Assembly: GCA_051294375.1 (NCBI GenBank) | Contig: JBJCIZ010000239.1 | Coordinates: forward strand, 1,816,581-1,880,580 | Origin: Paraspadella gotoi | Taxonomy: Eukaryota; Animalia; Chaetognatha | Reading direction: 5' to 3' | Length of the DNA: 64,000 bases | In this document: piece by piece, positions 1 through 12,164 of the stretch | Position numbering within the stretch: the first letter of the stretch is position 1 | Layout of the letters: the number at the start of each line of letters is the position of its first letter | Notes under the pieces: generated by a model | Database searches by the model: none | Seen by the model: the letters and a program-made list of their open reading frames with translations, nothing else | Told to the model about the DNA's origin: nothing | Position numbers and translations under genes: made by a program

Positions 1-3000
1 GAAGACCAAGTTCGACGGAGCGGGGACGATGTCGCCGGAAAGATTGGCGAGGGTCGTGTCGGCGAAACAAAGGATCTTCCGGCTGGAATCGAGGGATGGA
101 TTGGATTCGCCGGAACGGTCCAATTCGCCGCCGAGGGTCGCGTTGCCGACAGAGAGAGACACGTCGTGAAGATTGTTTCGTGAGAGTTGAGAGAACAACT
201 TCTTGACGGTGGACATTTCGATGTAGTCGCCTTCCTGGACTCTCGCCACTCGACCGCGCGGGACGCTTCCCCGCGATCCGTCCAGCTTCTCAGCTTCGAA
301 ACGTCCGTCGCCACCGTCGCCGTAAACGAAGACGTATTCACCCTTAGAGAGTCGGAAATCCTCGTCGAGACAAGCTGGCGGAGGGTCATAGTTGACGACG
401 GCTTTGTACAGGACGAAGTTGAGATTAGATGGTTTGGTTTGAGACGAAAGAGACTTTGGTCTCTGGTTCTCAATTGACGCCGTCGTCTTCATCGGACTCG
501 AAGTCGCGCTCGGTTCGCCCACGCTTCTCATCGTCGCCGCGCGCTTAGGCGACGCCGGCGCGGAGGTCGGCGGCGTGGTCGCTCGCTTCACCTTCGTCGA
601 ACACTCGGAATCGGAGGCGGAATTGGCGCGGCTGGACACGCAAGATTCCGCGGCGTCGGACGCGGCGTTTGCGGAAGCCGTGGCGCCGATAGCGACTTGA
701 AGCAGCGTCTTGCGTCGGTTCTCTTGCTGCTTCAACAGCTCCTTCTCCTTGGAATGAAGCTTCGTTATGTCTCTGATCGAATCGGAATACAGCAGTTTCC
801 ACTTGTCGGCTTCCTCCTGCTTCAACTGCAGCTGCCCGACGACGGCGTTGTGTCGGCTCGATTGACGCTCAAACTTTTCGTTCATTCGCTTTAACTTTTC
901 TTCTAAGGAATTCGCCGCCTCCCTGTTCTTCGTCACGATCTTCTCCAGCTCCATCTTGGAATCGTGCAGCGCCCTATCCTTTTCCTGCAACTCTTGCACC
1001 GCCTGCGAATGACTCAGCTTCAAATTCTCGAACTGAGCGGAGACGGCCTGCATGGCGATCATCATCGTCTGCAAATGACTCAGCCTCATTTCCATCGCGG
1101 AGACCTTCTCGTCCGACCTCGATCTAATCGTCTCGCTCTCGTTCAATTTCTCCCTCAAAGTTCGACAATCCGTCTCCGTCTTTTCCAACTCTGCGCATCT
1201 CCGCTTCACAGACTCGGAACTCTTCGTCAAATCCTCCGTCAATCGATTCGCCTCCGTCAAATTTTTTTCGACGAAGTTCAACTTTTTTCTCAAGTCGTTC
1301 AACTCCTGACGAAGCTCGGCGACTTCTCTCTCTTTATCCTCCGTTTCCCGCGAGAGAGCGAGCGCTTCTTTCAACTCTCTCTCCTTTTCCTCGGCCTCGA
1401 CTTCCAACTCTTTGCATTTTCCATGAATCTCGCTCAATTCTCTCTTCAAGATCTCGTTCTCCCGCGCGACTCGAGAGAGTTGCTCCACTTGAACCTTCAA
1501 CTCCCTTAAGTCGCTGCTCCTTTCTTCCTCGGGCGTCTTGGATCCTCGATCTTCGATCTTAAACTCGACCGTCGGTTCGGCGACGACGGTCCTTTGATTA
1601 GGGTTGGTCGCCCACGACGGCAATGAAGGTTCCTCCGCCTCCAGACCTCGACGCTCTCTCCCACTTGCAGACGCGAAGCCCCGCATCAACTGCGCCTCCA
1701 GAATCAACCTCTCCTTTGCCGCTTGAGCGATGACACGATGCAGTTCCGCCGCTTCTCCAAAGATGGCGCAATTGCCTTCTCTCGCGGAATTAAAGAGGAT
1801 CTGCGATTCCCCGATGGCCACGTTGTCGGCGAGACTTCTCACCGTCTCCTTCAAACCCTCGATCTCCTTCTCTTTGCCCATCACGATCTTGGCGTGCTCG
1901 GCCAAGTCCTTGGCCCTTTGTCGGGCGTAGATCTTCTTAAAGTGATCCTGCCCGACGCCGTCCTCGCCGCTCTCAAGCTCCGGCGTGGGAGAACCGGCGC
2001 AGCCGATAGAATCTCGGCGCCCGTTGAGACCCGAAGAAGATCCGTTCAGCGCCGAGGTTGAAGAGGAAGAAGGTCTGAGTTTCGCTTTGACGCCGATGGA
2101 GGAATCGCTCGTGTTGCCCTTTCTCCCGACGGGTAGAGATCGATTTTGATCTCTCATCTCCATCCCTTTGATCTTCTCCTCTAGGCGCCGCGCGATGGCG
2201 GCCAACTCGGCGTTCTTTCTTTTCAGGCGCTTGATCTTTTCCTCAGCAGGCGCGGCGCCCTCGGCGCGTTGCTTGAGGCTCTCGTTCTCCGTGGAGAGAA
2301 CGCGGACGCGCTTCTCCAAGCGTTGGACTTGAGCATGTAACTCGGCGCTCTTTTTCTGCGCGGCTTTGGTCTCGCGGAAGCACTGAGTTGGGTTGAGTTT
2401 GGAGGAAGCGGCGCCTTTGCGGTGCCGGGAAGCGTCTGTTTTAGCGGCGCCAAAGCTCTCGTCGTCGTCGGAAGCGTCGAAGGCGTCGGCGCCGTCGACC
2501 GTGGATCCGAGCGACTTTCGGTTTCGCGGAGGCGGAAGTGGACGCTCGTCGAGGGCGTCGTAGGAAACGGGAGAGGCGAGGGATACGTTTGACGAACGAG
2601 CCATGGACAACGCCAACCCACCGCCCGCGTCCAAGCAGTCCGCCTCCGAAGGCATGGATGATGGACCGGAGGGGAAGTACGATTGGGCATTGAGCCGGTT
2701 GGTGTCGATTCGGGAGGCGGAGGCGGAGGCGTGAGGATCCTGATTCGTCCATTTCGTTTCAGTCGTCGGCGTCAGAGAATTTGCTTGAAAAAAATTGTTT
2801 TTCTGATGGAAGAGTTGATTGGTTTCCGTGGGCGACTGGTAAGCGTGCAGATTGTTGTTTAGCAAGTGAGAGTGCGGCTGCGCGGATTGCTGCAGCGACA
2901 AATGGTGCTGCTGCTGCGCGGACTGCGCCGTTTGAGCAGAGTTGAGATTGTTTTTGGCAAAGTTGGTGGCGGGGTCCGAGGACGCCGACGACGCCGGCGA

Positions 3001-3159
3001 AGCGGCGCGATCCTGAGCGGCGTTCAAGTTGTTTTTGTTGTTGACGTGGGGAGAGGGATGGACAGAGAGAGAGTCGAGGAGGGGAGGTCGGGAAAAGACG
3101 GACTTGTCCTTTTCGAAGTAGTCCCTCGAAATCGAGGTGGACGGACGGAAATTGCTCAT
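1..3159 (-). CDS. RIM-binding protein-like (coiled coil + SH3 + start of FN3), 3' end runs off the window
   Basis: Open frame from ATG at 3159 to the window edge (absent from the ORF track, presumably because it has no stop). It contains RLKRKNAELAAIARRLEEK (RIMBP coiled-coil motif), an SH3-like LYKAVVNYDP...LSKGEYVFVYGDGGDGRFEAEKLDGSRGSVP (~240-410) and VPAPSNL at the edge, the usual start of the first FN3. Confidence 0.8.
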   Translation of the reverse strand, partial: MSNFRPSTSISRDYFEKDKSVFSRPPLLDSLSVHPSPHVNNKNNLNAAQDRAASPASSASSDPATNFAKNNLNSAQTAQSAQQQHHLSLQQSAQPHSHLLNNNLHAYQSPTETNQLFHQKNNFFQANSLTPTTETKWTNQDPHASASASRIDTNRLNAQSYFPSGPSSMPSEADCLDAGGGLALSMARSSNVSLASPVSYDALDERPLPPPRNRKSLGSTVDGADAFDASDDDESFGAAKTDASRHRKGAASSKLNPTQCFRETKAAQKKSAELHAQVQRLEKRVRVLSTENESLKQRAEGAAPAEEKIKRLKRKNAELAAIARRLEEKIKGMEMRDQNRSLPVGRKGNTSDSSIGVKAKLRPSSSSTSALNGSSSGLNGRRDSIGCAGSPTPELESGEDGVGQDHFKKIYARQRAKDLAEHAKIVMGKEKEIEGLKETVRSLADNVAIGESQILFNSAREGNCAIFGEAAELHRVIAQAAKERLILEAQLMRGFASASGRERRGLEAEEPSLPSWATNPNQRTVVAEPTVEFKIEDRGSKTPEEERSSDLRELKVQVEQLSRVARENEILKRELSEIHGKCKELEVEAEEKERELKEALALSRETEDKEREVAELRQELNDLRKKLNFVEKNLTEANRLTEDLTKSSESVKRRCAELEKTETDCRTLREKLNESETIRSRSDEKVSAMEMRLSHLQTMMIAMQAVSAQFENLKLSHSQAVQELQEKDRALHDSKMELEKIVTKNREAANSLEEKLKRMNEKFERQSSRHNAVVGQLQLKQEEADKWKLLYSDSIRDITKLHSKEKELLKQQENRRKTLLQVAIGATASANAASDAAESCVSSRANSASDSECSTKVKRATTPPTSAPASPKRAATMRSVGEPSATSSPMKTTASIENQRPKSLSSQTKPSNLNFVLYKAVVNYDPPPACLDEDFRLSKGEYVFVYGDGGDGRFEAEKLDGSRGSVPRGRVARVQEGDYIEMSTVKKLFSQLSRNNLHDVSLSVGNATLGGELDRSGESNPSLDSSRKILCFADTTLANLSGDIVPAPSNLVF

Positions 3160-3512
3160 GGTTGTTTAAGGTATTGCGGTAAGTGTTTTAATAATTGAAC
3201 CTAAGGGAATTATTGGAATGAAGAAAAGAAAAAAAAACGGAATTCGTAGTTTAGGAATTTGTGGGCATTTAAAATTGAATAAAGTGGAATTAGGAAGCGG
3301 TTTCGTAACACTAACGTCACATGCTTTCTTAAATGTCCCGAGATAAGAAACCAATAAAGGCTTATTTTTAAACAATGCAAATCCGCGAAGATAAATTGCC
3401 AAGTAACAACCAACAAAGCAAAAAAATGAAGTTCGGATTTTTTTGGGTAAAATTCATAAGCAAAGAAAAAATTATGGATTGGCCTTTTTTACAACTTTTT
3501 ATCGAATCTAAG

Positions 3513-4400
3513 TTAAGGGGACCCAGTGATAAAAATGATATCATAAGCTTAAGGGTCTATCATCAAAGGAATTTGAATAGTGATAGTCATTAATTTTTCT
3601 TTGCACGGGAAAGTGGCAAAAAAATTCCTATCTCTTATTCTAGCGGAAACAAAAATTTAATAATTATGAAAAAAAATTTAGTTGACCCTACCTAAATATT
3701 TATATAATCCATTATTTTATTTTTGCATTAGAAAGTATTTTTTACTAAATTCCAATTTTTTATTTTTTACTGTACAAAGCTATAATTTTAGGTTTAAGCC
3801 TCATTGAACAAAGGCTTTACAAGACTAATATTTTTTTATTTTTATATTTACTTAAAAGCAGATAAATCAAACCTAAATTCTATTCTTACAGAAACAAAAC
3901 TGTAATAATTATTAATTAATATTCATATTCATCCTTTAAATGTATAATTAAACTATATTGATTCCTAATTATAACAATTAAAAATTTAGCAAAAGTACAG
4001 AATCTTTCTCTTCTTTTTATATTTATATTACTTCAAAGAGTTTTATTTTCATCCAATTAACAGAATCATTTGAAAAGAAAGTTTAAATAAAATCAGTCGA
4101 TACCTTAAATTTTTGATTCATTCCTAGTTTTTTTTCTTATAAATTTTTGTGATAAAAGCTGAAAAATCTTTTTAAAATTAGATCTTACCCTTTTTTGGGA
4201 AAAAAAATTTTAAACTTGAAAAAGATTTTCTTCTTACCGATTTTTTAAAGAAAATTAAGCTCGCTGATTTTATCGAATTTTTTAACTACTTTCCCAAATG
4301 ATTATAGAAGAAAAAATTATATGATCAGAACCAGCTTAAGTTAAAGGGTCAAACGTTATGTTTTCAGCTTTTTACCCCCCCTGTTCACTTGGTCCCTTAA
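3513..4400. mobile_element. Possible non-autonomous TTAA-flanked DNA element (Kolobok/piggyBac-like termini)
   Basis: TTAAGGGGACCCAGTGA at 3513 and TCACTTGGTCCCTTAA ending at 4400 form an imperfect terminal inverted repeat with TTAA at both ends around an AT-rich non-coding interior. Confidence 0.4.
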
Positions 4401-4632
4401 AGGCCCAAACATTATTTTTTGAATGCAAAGATTTTTTTTACATATTAACAATTTCCCACAATAATAGTCCACCTCGATACTTTAAACATTTTTAGCGATA
4501 AGGTCGCGAACGATATAAAGACACGCGTACAGACTAGACAAACAAACAATGCATTTCGACGTGTCTTCAAAGAGCTTAACATCCTCCGTTGGATTATGCC
4601 GATAAAAAAAAAAAAAAGACTGCCCGCTGTTT

Positions 4633-5336
4633 TTAGTGATGGGCTTTTTCGGGGTGGGCTTCTTGATAATCGGCCCACCACTTCTCGATGGGCGGGCGCT
4701 CGTCCGGGAAAGCCTTGACGCCGAACTTGTTGTTGCCCATCGGACTCTCTGGCGACGCGAAGAGCGTGTAGCGGACAGAGCGACCCTCGGAGTCGACCTG
4801 GGGAAAAGATTGGGGGGGGGACGGGGGGGGTGGGCGAAAAGTGGGGTAAGGAAGAGGGCAGGATAAAAAAAAAAAAGAATATAAGATAAGAGGAAGAAGA
4901 ATAAGTGTAAGGGATGATTATTTAATATGATCTTAAATGAGATTGAATTTCTCAATCTAATTTACATATTGTAGTGTTGAACTTGAATTGATACAATCAG
5001 GCAATATACTCTCCTATATAAGAAAAAAAAAAGTAGAAGATGGGAGAGAATTAAAATTTAGGTTGAGTGAAACGTTAAAAAAAAAACTTTTCACCGTGAG
5101 TGCTTTTATTTTATTTATTTTATTTAAAAATATAGTATAATAACCAAATTATTAGAATTTCTCACCAACGACTGCCACGGCTCGGGATTTGAGCGTCGGC
5201 GCCAGGAGACGGCGGGGTTTCGCGTGGCCAATCGGAGGGTGTAAACGCCGGCGAGGAGGCAGCCAAAGCCTACGGCGCCGAAGAGCGGGACCAAGGCGTA
5301 GTGATGTCGGAGCGAGCTGATCGTGAGGCCCCTCAT
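4633..5336 (-). CDS. NDUFA4: NDUFA4/COXFA4-family protein (2 exons: 5336-5166, 4797-4633)
   Basis: HYALVPLFGAVGFGCLLAGVYTLRLATRNPAVSWRRRSNPEPWQ is the B12D-family signature. GT-AG intron; exon 2 reads VDSEGRSVRY...AHH*. Confidence 0.85.
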
Positions 5337-5762
5337 CGTTGCGGGTTATTTATGTATTGAATAATTCCGAAAAAAGAAAAAAAAAAAAGAGGCCAAAGTT
5401 GTGGGTTTTTTTTTCTTTGTGGAAAAAATTTAACAATGAACATTTGATTTGAAACAAAAACAATCACGTTCATTTACATTCCGAAAAAAATTATAAGTAA
5501 ACTAAAGAACCGAAATCGTGATTACAATTACTAAATGAATTAGAAGCAAAAATATGGAAAGTCAAACTTGTATGTTAAAAATAATATATATATCACGAGC
5601 ACACCGAGGGTGTTTCTGAGGGAGGATTAGTCTCAACTTGTCAAGCAAGAATTTCTAAAAAACATGAAAACATCTGAGTATTTGAAAACCTAAACAAAAA
5701 TCTTTTAACAAAAGCCTAAGGAGCGATTTCCCTCGAAAGGGTGTGTCCCCGCGAAATCCAAT

Positions 5763-8414
5763 TTAAACGCTCGGGGAAAAGTGTCGTCCATCTTTCAACA
5801 TCGCCAAAGGAAGGCGGATGGTTCGAACGCGGCGGACCTAACGGTGAAGAATAAAAAAAAAATAAAAAAAGTAACTTCTGAAAAATATTTTGAAATAAAA
5901 GAACACACAAGATTTCTAAAATAAATACCAAGAAATGTTTACCTGTAAGCTCCTTGGCACGAACATCTTCGAATCCGTCGTCGAAGGATTCACCGCCACC
6001 GTCGTCGACGTCGCCGAAGATTCTTGATCAAAAGTTGGTTCTGCAGATGACATTTCTCCCAACTGAGGGAACATTTCTTGAATCTTCGTTTTTTTATTTG
6101 ACCTCTGCTCGGCAGATGGCGACTTTTGTGACAAAATGGCGGACATTTCTGAAGATTTAGACGTCGACGCCGTTACTTCATCGGACGTCAGCTCTGAAGA
6201 TGGCGACTTCTCTCCCAAGAAATTGAACTGGCCTTGGTGCCCCGGCAGATTTATGTTATTTGGCGAGTCATCGCAATATTGGCTGAATTGTAATCGTTGT
6301 GGCTGTGAAGACGCCAATTGTTGCTCTTCCGTTGGTAACAGCTCATGTGCTTCTAACAGGTAATGCGGTTGTAACAGCTCTCGCGGATGAAGTGGCTCTG
6401 GCGCATGTTGTGGGTTTTGCGCCGGTTGCAGCTGTTGTTGGTGTAGCGACTCTTTCGCCTGTTTCTGGGCCTGTTGAAGCTCTTGTGGCGCCTTCGCTAT
6501 AGGCTGTTTTTCTTCCTGTTCTTCGTCAGGTTTCACAAACGAGTCGCCCAACGCGACGAACTCATTTTCTGCGCTCTCTTCTTTTTCTTTTTCCTCTTCT
6601 TCGATCTCGTCCCACTCTTCAAACGCCATCTCTCCTCCCGAACTCGTTGCCGTCGCCCGAGTCGGCTCCCGCACATTCAACAAACCCGGCATCGAAACCC
6701 CCGACCTCGCGACGCTTCCTCTCGCGATTCCGGCGAGGAATTCTTCGGACCCAATAACACTGCCGACCGAGCTCGGGCGATTGGATGACGAAATGGGCGT
6801 GGCGGAATCGGCGAGGGATTCCGGAACCGACCTTTTCCGTACACCGCCGTTGCCGGCAATAGCCTTCTTCTTTCCGGTCTTTTTCGAGCCGGAACGTTTC
6901 GTCTTCCTCGATTCGGAACCCGAGACATCTTTTCCGAGAAATGGGGAATTCGCGTTCGTAATCGTCGCGAGATTCAGGGGATCCTCTTTTCGGACCACCC
7001 CCTTCTTCTCGTCCAACCAATCGAGAACTTTTTCGGGATAATGGAAATAACTCGGGAGGGAGCGAAGCATCGGGATTCGAGGCTTATTCCCCGAAGCGGG
7101 TCGATCCGACGAAACGGTGGGGGAAGGAATTTCCTCCGGAAAGTGAATTGGGGAAGTCGGCGAGGGTTCCGGGGCCGAGACGATCGAAGCGGACACGATC
7201 GGACCCGAGGCAAGAGATGATGAATCGTCTTTGTTGGCCGAGGAAGATGAGGCGAGCTTCTGGACGTTCATTTCCTGCTCCGATTTGTAACTGTTGTTGT
7301 TAATGTCGATGGCTTCCAAATAATCATGAATATCGTCATCTTCCACGCGGGTGTTCGGCTTTTCTTTCTCCTTAGCATATTCATCTTCGTCCTCGTCGTC
7401 GCCGTTATCGTTGTCATCTCCGTTTTCTTCCTGAAAGATTTCAGAGCCCGTTACTATACGCGAAAAAGCATCAGCGCCGCCGCGGAACCAATGGCGGAAG
7501 TTGTTCCAGTCGAACGTCTCGTAGTCGAAAAAAGTATCGCCAGCGACTTTGGCTGCGTACACGATCCGGGCAGAACAGGTCTCCCCGTCCTCGCTGACGA
7601 GCATCTCGACGAGGGCTTTGCATTGGGCCTGCGGTTTAGACTGGGAAGCCGCGGATTGTACCGCAGGAACATTCGTATGTTCGGATGGGCGGCGTGGCAA
7701 AGATTTTGGTGAAATGCCTTTCGGCTGAGAGGAGGGGCGAGAGGTGCACGACTCGCAACGAGCCGGCTGTTGGGGAGAGCAAACTTGTTGGGGAGAGCAA
7801 ACTTTGGCTGAAACATCCCTGGAAACCCAACTGTCGGTTGAAGCGTTAACGAGCGATAACGGGCGCGGAGGTTTCCTTCCTCGAGCTGCTAACTGATCCA
7901 ACAAATCAGCAGCATCGCGACGAACTCGCGCCTTCGAAAAACAACTCTCCTCGTCCAAAGATTCATCGACTCGATTCCATCCGGCGCCGTCGCCGACCGG
8001 CGCCCGTTTATAGTAAGCGCCTAACAGTTCGGCCTTCATCCGGCGCCGCAACGCCTCGCTGAGCGACATGAAAGGATCCTCCACGCCCACTTCCTCTTCC
8101 CACTCTACGGAATACATCTGCGTAGGGATCGGCGCCTCCACTCGACCCCTAACCGCGCGGCGTTGCACGTTCTGTTCGGCCAAGTGGGTGTCGTACTCTT
8201 CGCAGCGATCCAGGTGGGCGCCGTGTTGGCTCCGCGGGTAGACGTGCCGAGCGGTGAAGTGGCACAGTTCCATCGGCTCGGTCGTCGGGTCGCTCTCGTA
8301 GCGGATGCGACATTTGGTGACGTGGTAAGGCCAGGACTCGATTCGCAGGACGTGTTGGGGATAGTAAGGGCATCGGACGAGGCCGCTAGATTTTAAAGAC
8401 TTATTTTCCCCCAT
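5763..8414 (-). CDS. GTSF1/Asterix-like tandem CHHC zinc-finger protein with long low-complexity tail
   Basis: CPYYPQH...HVTKC and CHFTARH...HLDRC are two U11-48K CHHC fingers. Long exon 8414-5943, donor GTAAAC, short last exon VRRVRT...SPSV* ending 5763 (last exon inferred). Confidence 0.75.
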
Positions 8415-8670
8415 AATCTCATTTGATTTCAATGTAAGAACTGGGTCTAAAAAAAATAACAAGGGTTGACAAGAAAACTAGGTGGATGACAATGGCACCG
8501 TTGATATTCAAGTGACATTCTCTAATTTTCAATACAAGATGAAACAACAAAACAATACACACACTCTCTCTCTCTTTCTCTGTGACGACTAGCTTTTCGA
8601 TTTTTAGCTTCTATCAAGAACAAAGTCATCTCCATAAATATTTAGCTCTTTAGTTTCTAGCAAACAATTT

Positions 8671-9868
8671 CTACTCCAAAAACGTAATCGTGTTCTCGAT
8701 CTCCAAAATCCTTTTTCCCGTCGTCGCCTCCGCCTCCACCTGCTCCTTCTTCTCCTCCTTCTCCAACGCCGCCCTGTAATCCTTGGGCGGCGGATCCACC
8801 AACGGCCTGTAATCTTCCTCAGTGGCCGCTGGAGCGGGAAACAACTTTCGCTCGATCCCTTCGTTCTCCCATAGAACGTCGATCTCGGGATCGTACTCTT
8901 CCTCGCTGACGGGCCAGATGACCGACTTGTCGGCCGGATAGACGTACGGGTCGAAGGCGTCGTAGTCGACGCCGTGACGCTCGGGCGGCGGCGTAACTTC
9001 CGGTTCCACGAGAGAAACGCCGCTGGATTCCATGACGGAGTGGAAGGCTCGGAGTCGATCGGAAGCTTTGATGACGGAAGGGGGTTCGATGACGGCGACG
9101 TGGTGGAGGCCTGGTGGGTGGAGGGAGGTCGAGGGATGGAATTAGAGTGGATTGTTTGGGTGGTTTGGTGATGGGAGACGTTTCATCTTTTTAACCTGCT
9201 TTTAAACAACGACGCGCCAAAACGCTGGCCACGGCCTTGACGGCGAAAATGTCTTGTAGACTGTAGAGACGTTTCATGAGGGAGGGTTCTTGGCTCGAAG
9301 CCCAAATGATCTTGACGATGGATAAAAAAATAGTTACCATCTGATTTATAAACAATCGCGGCTACGATATTATATATATATATTATATGTTATGATTTGT
9401 GAAGGAGACGGGCAATCACATCACGAGGCCAACCAAGTCCGTTTATGGGTCCATTCCGTTGATGATATAATCGTATTCTCTCCGCTTCAATATAATCAAA
9501 AAAGAGACCGACCAACCACTTACCGTCTTCCCCGATTTGTGCACCACCGAGGCGAGGACGTATCTCCCCGAATGATCCAGCACCAACTTATTGCAGAACT
9601 TCCTGTTGGGCGCCTGGAACCGCCATCCTTCCTGGCGTCGGGAGATGTTCATTTGTTCGAGGGCGCGAGGATTTCTGTTGGGGATCGAGTCGCGGAGGCC
9701 GAGATCTCGGTTGAGAGGGGCCGTGCCGTCGAGGGCGTTGAGGAAGCCAGAGTGGTCGATCTTGTAGAGGGAGGAAGAGGAGGAAGAGGCCCTCGATTCG
9801 GTCGTCGGCCAAAGAGTCGAGAGGCGGCGTCGGCATAAGGGGATCGCTCGACGGAGTGAAGAATTCAT
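8671..9868 (-). CDS. MRPL18: Mitochondrial ribosomal protein L18 (3 exons) with C-terminal extension
   Basis: NRNPRALEQM motif, ASSQEPSL...VLARRCLKAG and FHSVMESSGVSLVEP; the splices join the exons in frame. Confidence 0.85.
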
Positions 9869-10412
9869 CCTCAGTTTTAACGTCAACACTATTTTTTTCT
9901 TCGTTACGAAATAAGGCAGCGGAAATATAAAAAAAAAAAAAATCACCACAAAATTACATCATACAATATCGAGAAAATGGGAGAGTGATTCATCAAGGAA
10001 GACTTCATAAAAAAAGACCACGAATGAGTAAAAAGTGCGTGTAGCAATCGACTATCTATTAATATTCTAATAATATTCCTTAACCGACTTTCCTAAATTG
10101 TTTCGCGATTCCAAAAGCTGGATAAATCATAAGCTGGTTCAACTAAATTTTTTTTTTTGGGGGGGGGATTGGGACAAAAAAATTGAATGTATTTAAATAT
10201 TTATCTCTTGTCATGAAGATTAGGAGAAAACACAAATGGCATGATAATATCGAAATTTCGGAAGATTGTCAAACTTGATGAACATGATAAAGGTTAAGTC
10301 TCAAAGTTTTACTCACCTCCTAGTTACTGAGGCCGACTAGTGAATTGCTGTAGATAAAAATTTAAGCTATCAACATCGACTTAAAACTTCGAAATTCCCC
10401 CCACCCTCTCCT

Positions 10413-11648
10413 TCAAACAAACTCCACCCCTTCGAACTTAAACTTCCCGGGAATGGGAATCTCGTCCATGACGACCGTCCCTTCGTCCACGTTCAACACC
10501 ATCACGAATGACTCCAACTCTCCGTTCACTTCCTTTGACTTGAGCGCCACGATCAACTCCTCCTTCGTCCCTGGGATAAACTTGAAAGACGAAAACCCGT
10601 GCGTCGGCTTAAGAGGACCCAACTCGCTCACGGAGATGTCGGTAAAGTCTTCGTCGGCAGAGATAGCGAGGTTGGTCGCGTGGCGCTCGTCCGCTTGGTC
10701 GTCGTATCGTTCTGGGTGAGCGCGGCGTGGAAGTAAGAACCAACGGCCGCGAAGAACGCTCCAGGCGCCCGCTTCGTGGATCATGTAGCCCGGGTAGTGG
10801 ATGCCCGCCTTGGCGCGGGCGTTGACGTATCGCCGGGTCCAGTCTTCGTGGAGAACGTCGCCGAAATGACTGACCGTCTTGACGAACATGGGATGATGGT
10901 TGACGAGTGTAAGCCCGTCGGGAGATGTCCACTCTTTGCCGAGCCCGCCGACGAAGAGCGTCTTGTCTTTGACGGTCATCCATTCGCACTTGAAGCCCTT
11001 TGTTTCGTCGCCGGGGCCGTCGGAGAGGAAGACCCAGGGCCTCGCCTCGGCTTTGCCGTTTTCCAATGCTAAGTGGAAGATGATGCCCGTCCGGTCGTCG
11101 CAGGTGTAGAGTCGCCCGTCGAAGGCGACGAGTTCGGAGAGCTCCATCCCGCGGCCTTTTTGAGCGAAGGTCGAGGTGAGAGTTAACGGCGTCGGATCGA
11201 AGGTCACAGAGGCGGAGGATTTGTCTCTCTTGACCTTCAATCGACCGAGATGCAAGTAGCTCGTCCACTTATCCTTCGCCGCGTCCAACTTGGACCGTTC
11301 ATCCAAGTCGGCGACGACGGCGATACGAAACTCTGTCGCGTCATCCGTTTCTAACGGAGAAGAGAGGGGATAGGTGGCGTTGAAGGCCGGTTGGGCCATG
11401 TAGCGACGGAGGCCGTAGTTGGAGAATCTTTTGACGGCGCGATCGGGATCATCGGGGATCATGTAGGAGACGATGAGAAGGGAGACGATGACGACGCCGC
11501 CCAACATGGCGAAGAGGTAAGGGCGAGGGGAGAGGCGGGTGGAACCGATGCGGTAGGGAGGAGGTTTGCTGATGGCGCGAAACCAATCGGACGTCGTCGA
11601 GCGGGAATGAGGTAAGTGACTGTCAGAGTTCATTCTTTTCTTTCCCAT
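10413..11648 (-). CDS. CANT1: Calcium-activated nucleotidase 1 (apyrase), single coding exon
   Basis: N-terminal TM followed by GRGMELSELV, DDRTG, KGFKCEW, PGYMIHE, HGFSSFKFIPG and KFEGVEFV. Confidence 0.95.
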   Translation of the reverse strand: MGKKRMNSDSHLPHSRSTTSDWFRAISKPPPYRIGSTRLSPRPYLFAMLGGVVIVSLLIVSYMIPDDPDRAVKRFSNYGLRRYMAQPAFNATYPLSSPLETDDATEFRIAVVADLDERSKLDAAKDKWTSYLHLGRLKVKRDKSSASVTFDPTPLTLTSTFAQKGRGMELSELVAFDGRLYTCDDRTGIIFHLALENGKAEARPWVFLSDGPGDETKGFKCEWMTVKDKTLFVGGLGKEWTSPDGLTLVNHHPMFVKTVSHFGDVLHEDWTRRYVNARAKAGIHYPGYMIHEAGAWSVLRGRWFLLPRRAHPERYDDQADERHATNLAISADEDFTDISVSELGPLKPTHGFSSFKFIPGTKEELIVALKSKEVNGELESFVMVLNVDEGTVVMDEIPIPGKFKFEGVEFV

Positions 11649-12164
11649 TTAAGGGGGGAAGGAAGGGGAAGGAAGGTTAATCCTTCAACTTTTCGTTTAA
11701 GCTCGGTTTACTCGACATTTTTAATGCAACTCGGGTTGGTAGATTCATTCAATTTTTTTTTTTTAAATTTGAAAATTGACACGTATCTCCATCGCCGACG
11801 TTCAGCCTATAATCAGATATTAATAAAAAATAAAGAATAGAAACGGCGCAATATGAGGATTGGAAGCCTTTCTCTTTTTATTAAAACATTCCAACTTTTC
11901 TTTAAATGGAAAAAGAAAAACGTGTTAAACGAGCTACAGTTTCCGTTATTTCTCTCTTAAGTAAGTCTACTCTCTTGAACAAAAAAAAAGGTGTAATACA
12001 AACAGAACGAAGATGTATAACTAAAAGATTGCTTTATTGATGAATAATTATAATAACCTATCCCTGCCACGAAAAAAAAGGCAACGAATTCGGCAACTTT
12101 TTTTTTAATAAAGTTTATAAACTCGAATCTACGACTAAAAACAGCGAAGAGACAAGAATGGGAG

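Noticed and set aside
1-120. SGNH esterase/LINE ORF1-like motif RKILCFADTT
   Set aside because: The upstream SH3 and RIM-BP coiled-coil motif show this is the SH3-FN3 linker of a RIM-BP.
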